Shown here piece after piece: positions 1-64,000 of a stretch of DNA of 64,000 bases. Below the pieces are notes generated by a model that saw only the letters and a list, made by a program, of their open reading frames with translations, had not been told where the DNA came from and searched no databases. This stretch comes from the human T2T-CHM13v2.0 reference genome, Homo sapiens. Position numbers and translations under genes: made by a program. The stretch is from assembly GCF_009914755.1 (NCBI RefSeq), contig NC_060946.1, one strand, 5' to 3'. Every line of letters begins with the position of its first letter. The first letter of the stretch is position 1.

Positions 1-305
1 AGCTCATTACAAACACCCCCTTCCCCTTTCTCTCCACTTTCTTTTACATACCCACCCTATCTAAAAAAATCAAATGTTTAGCCAACCAAAATTAGTTTAA
101 ATTATATGACCCAACCCCAGCCAATAAAAAAAATACAAAAACAAAACTTGAGTCAAAAATAAAAATTCTCGTGCCCTTTATTCAAATATGCTCTTATAAC
201 AGCTAGCCCAAAAGACACCCCTCTACGCAAAAATAAAATTGCTTTACTAAAACTCTTCTGTTCAAATATTCAATTTCCTTAAAATTTTAAGGGTTATTCC
301 TAACA
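1..305 (+). mobile_element. 3' part of an LTR10-family (ERV1, HERV-I group) LTR, G-to-A hypermutated
   Basis: Ends ...TTCAATTTCCTT...GTTATTCCTAACA. Contains AATAAA and the CACCCCTCT..AAATTGCTTT blocks I recall from LTR10 consensus. Only 20 G in 305 nt. Confidence 0.75.
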
Positions 306-609
306 TGGTAGAGCGACTAGTGCCCACGTGACATGCTACTGGGGAGTTACGAAGGAAGAGGCCTCACCTGCCTCGGCCCCACCATGAATGTATTTGGGGA
401 TTCAAGACATGACGTTTATCTCAGTAGACCTGTCTTCCTTGGGAGGCCTGAGATTAGGTGAAATCTGGCCCTTCTCATGTTGCCACTGTGTTCTGATGAT
501 GGGCCCTTAAAGTCCTCCTAGGCCCAGCTACCACCCCTGGGCTTCATGATAAAGGCAAGGACAGAGAGAGGTGCCCGTGGGGAGCTGAGGCTAGACTGTT
601 GTCATGTCA

Positions 610-64000
<63,391 letters not shown>

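Noticed and set aside
1-305. Mitochondrial insertion (NUMT) or bisulfite/assembly artefact as the cause of the G-poor sequence
   Set aside because: G depletion stops at an LTR terminus (..TAACA) and LTR motifs are recognisable, so it follows the element boundary

Overview
Human (primate) genomic DNA, recognisably 22q11.21. The minus strand carries coding exons 1-18 of PI4KA (phosphatidylinositol 4-kinase III alpha). I traced every exon from its GT/AG boundaries: the lengths sum to 2277 nt (759 codons) in one open frame, and the gene continues past the left edge. At the right edge a CpG-island bidirectional promoter separates the PI4KA ATG (63446, minus) from the SNAP29 ATG (63832, plus) by only 385 bp; SNAP29 exon 1 runs off the window. 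The introns are very repeat-dense: about 70 Alu copies or fragments, a near-full-length decayed L1PA with a TSD, other L1, L2 and MIR pieces, and several LTRs (LTR10, LTR14-type ERVK, MER41, MER21, MLT1). Nearly all ORFs in the supplied track are Alu/L1 artefacts or exon-plus-intron read-throughs. I found no new gene or biological system. The most interesting signals are: (i) two unrelated LTRs with strand-specific G-to-A hypermutation consistent with ancient APOBEC3 editing; (ii) one of these lies sense to PI4KA with an intact AATAAA just after exon 6, a candidate intronic polyadenylation site; (iii) a 37-bp locally templated insertion inside a MER21 LTR; (iv) a CLEAR/E-box in the shared PI4KA/SNAP29 promoter and an unexplained splice-acceptor-like motif just upstream of the SNAP29 ATG; (v) a (UG)25 tract next to an antisense Alu upstream of exon 4. 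Repeat family names come from my recall of consensus sequences, and most repeat boundaries are approximate.
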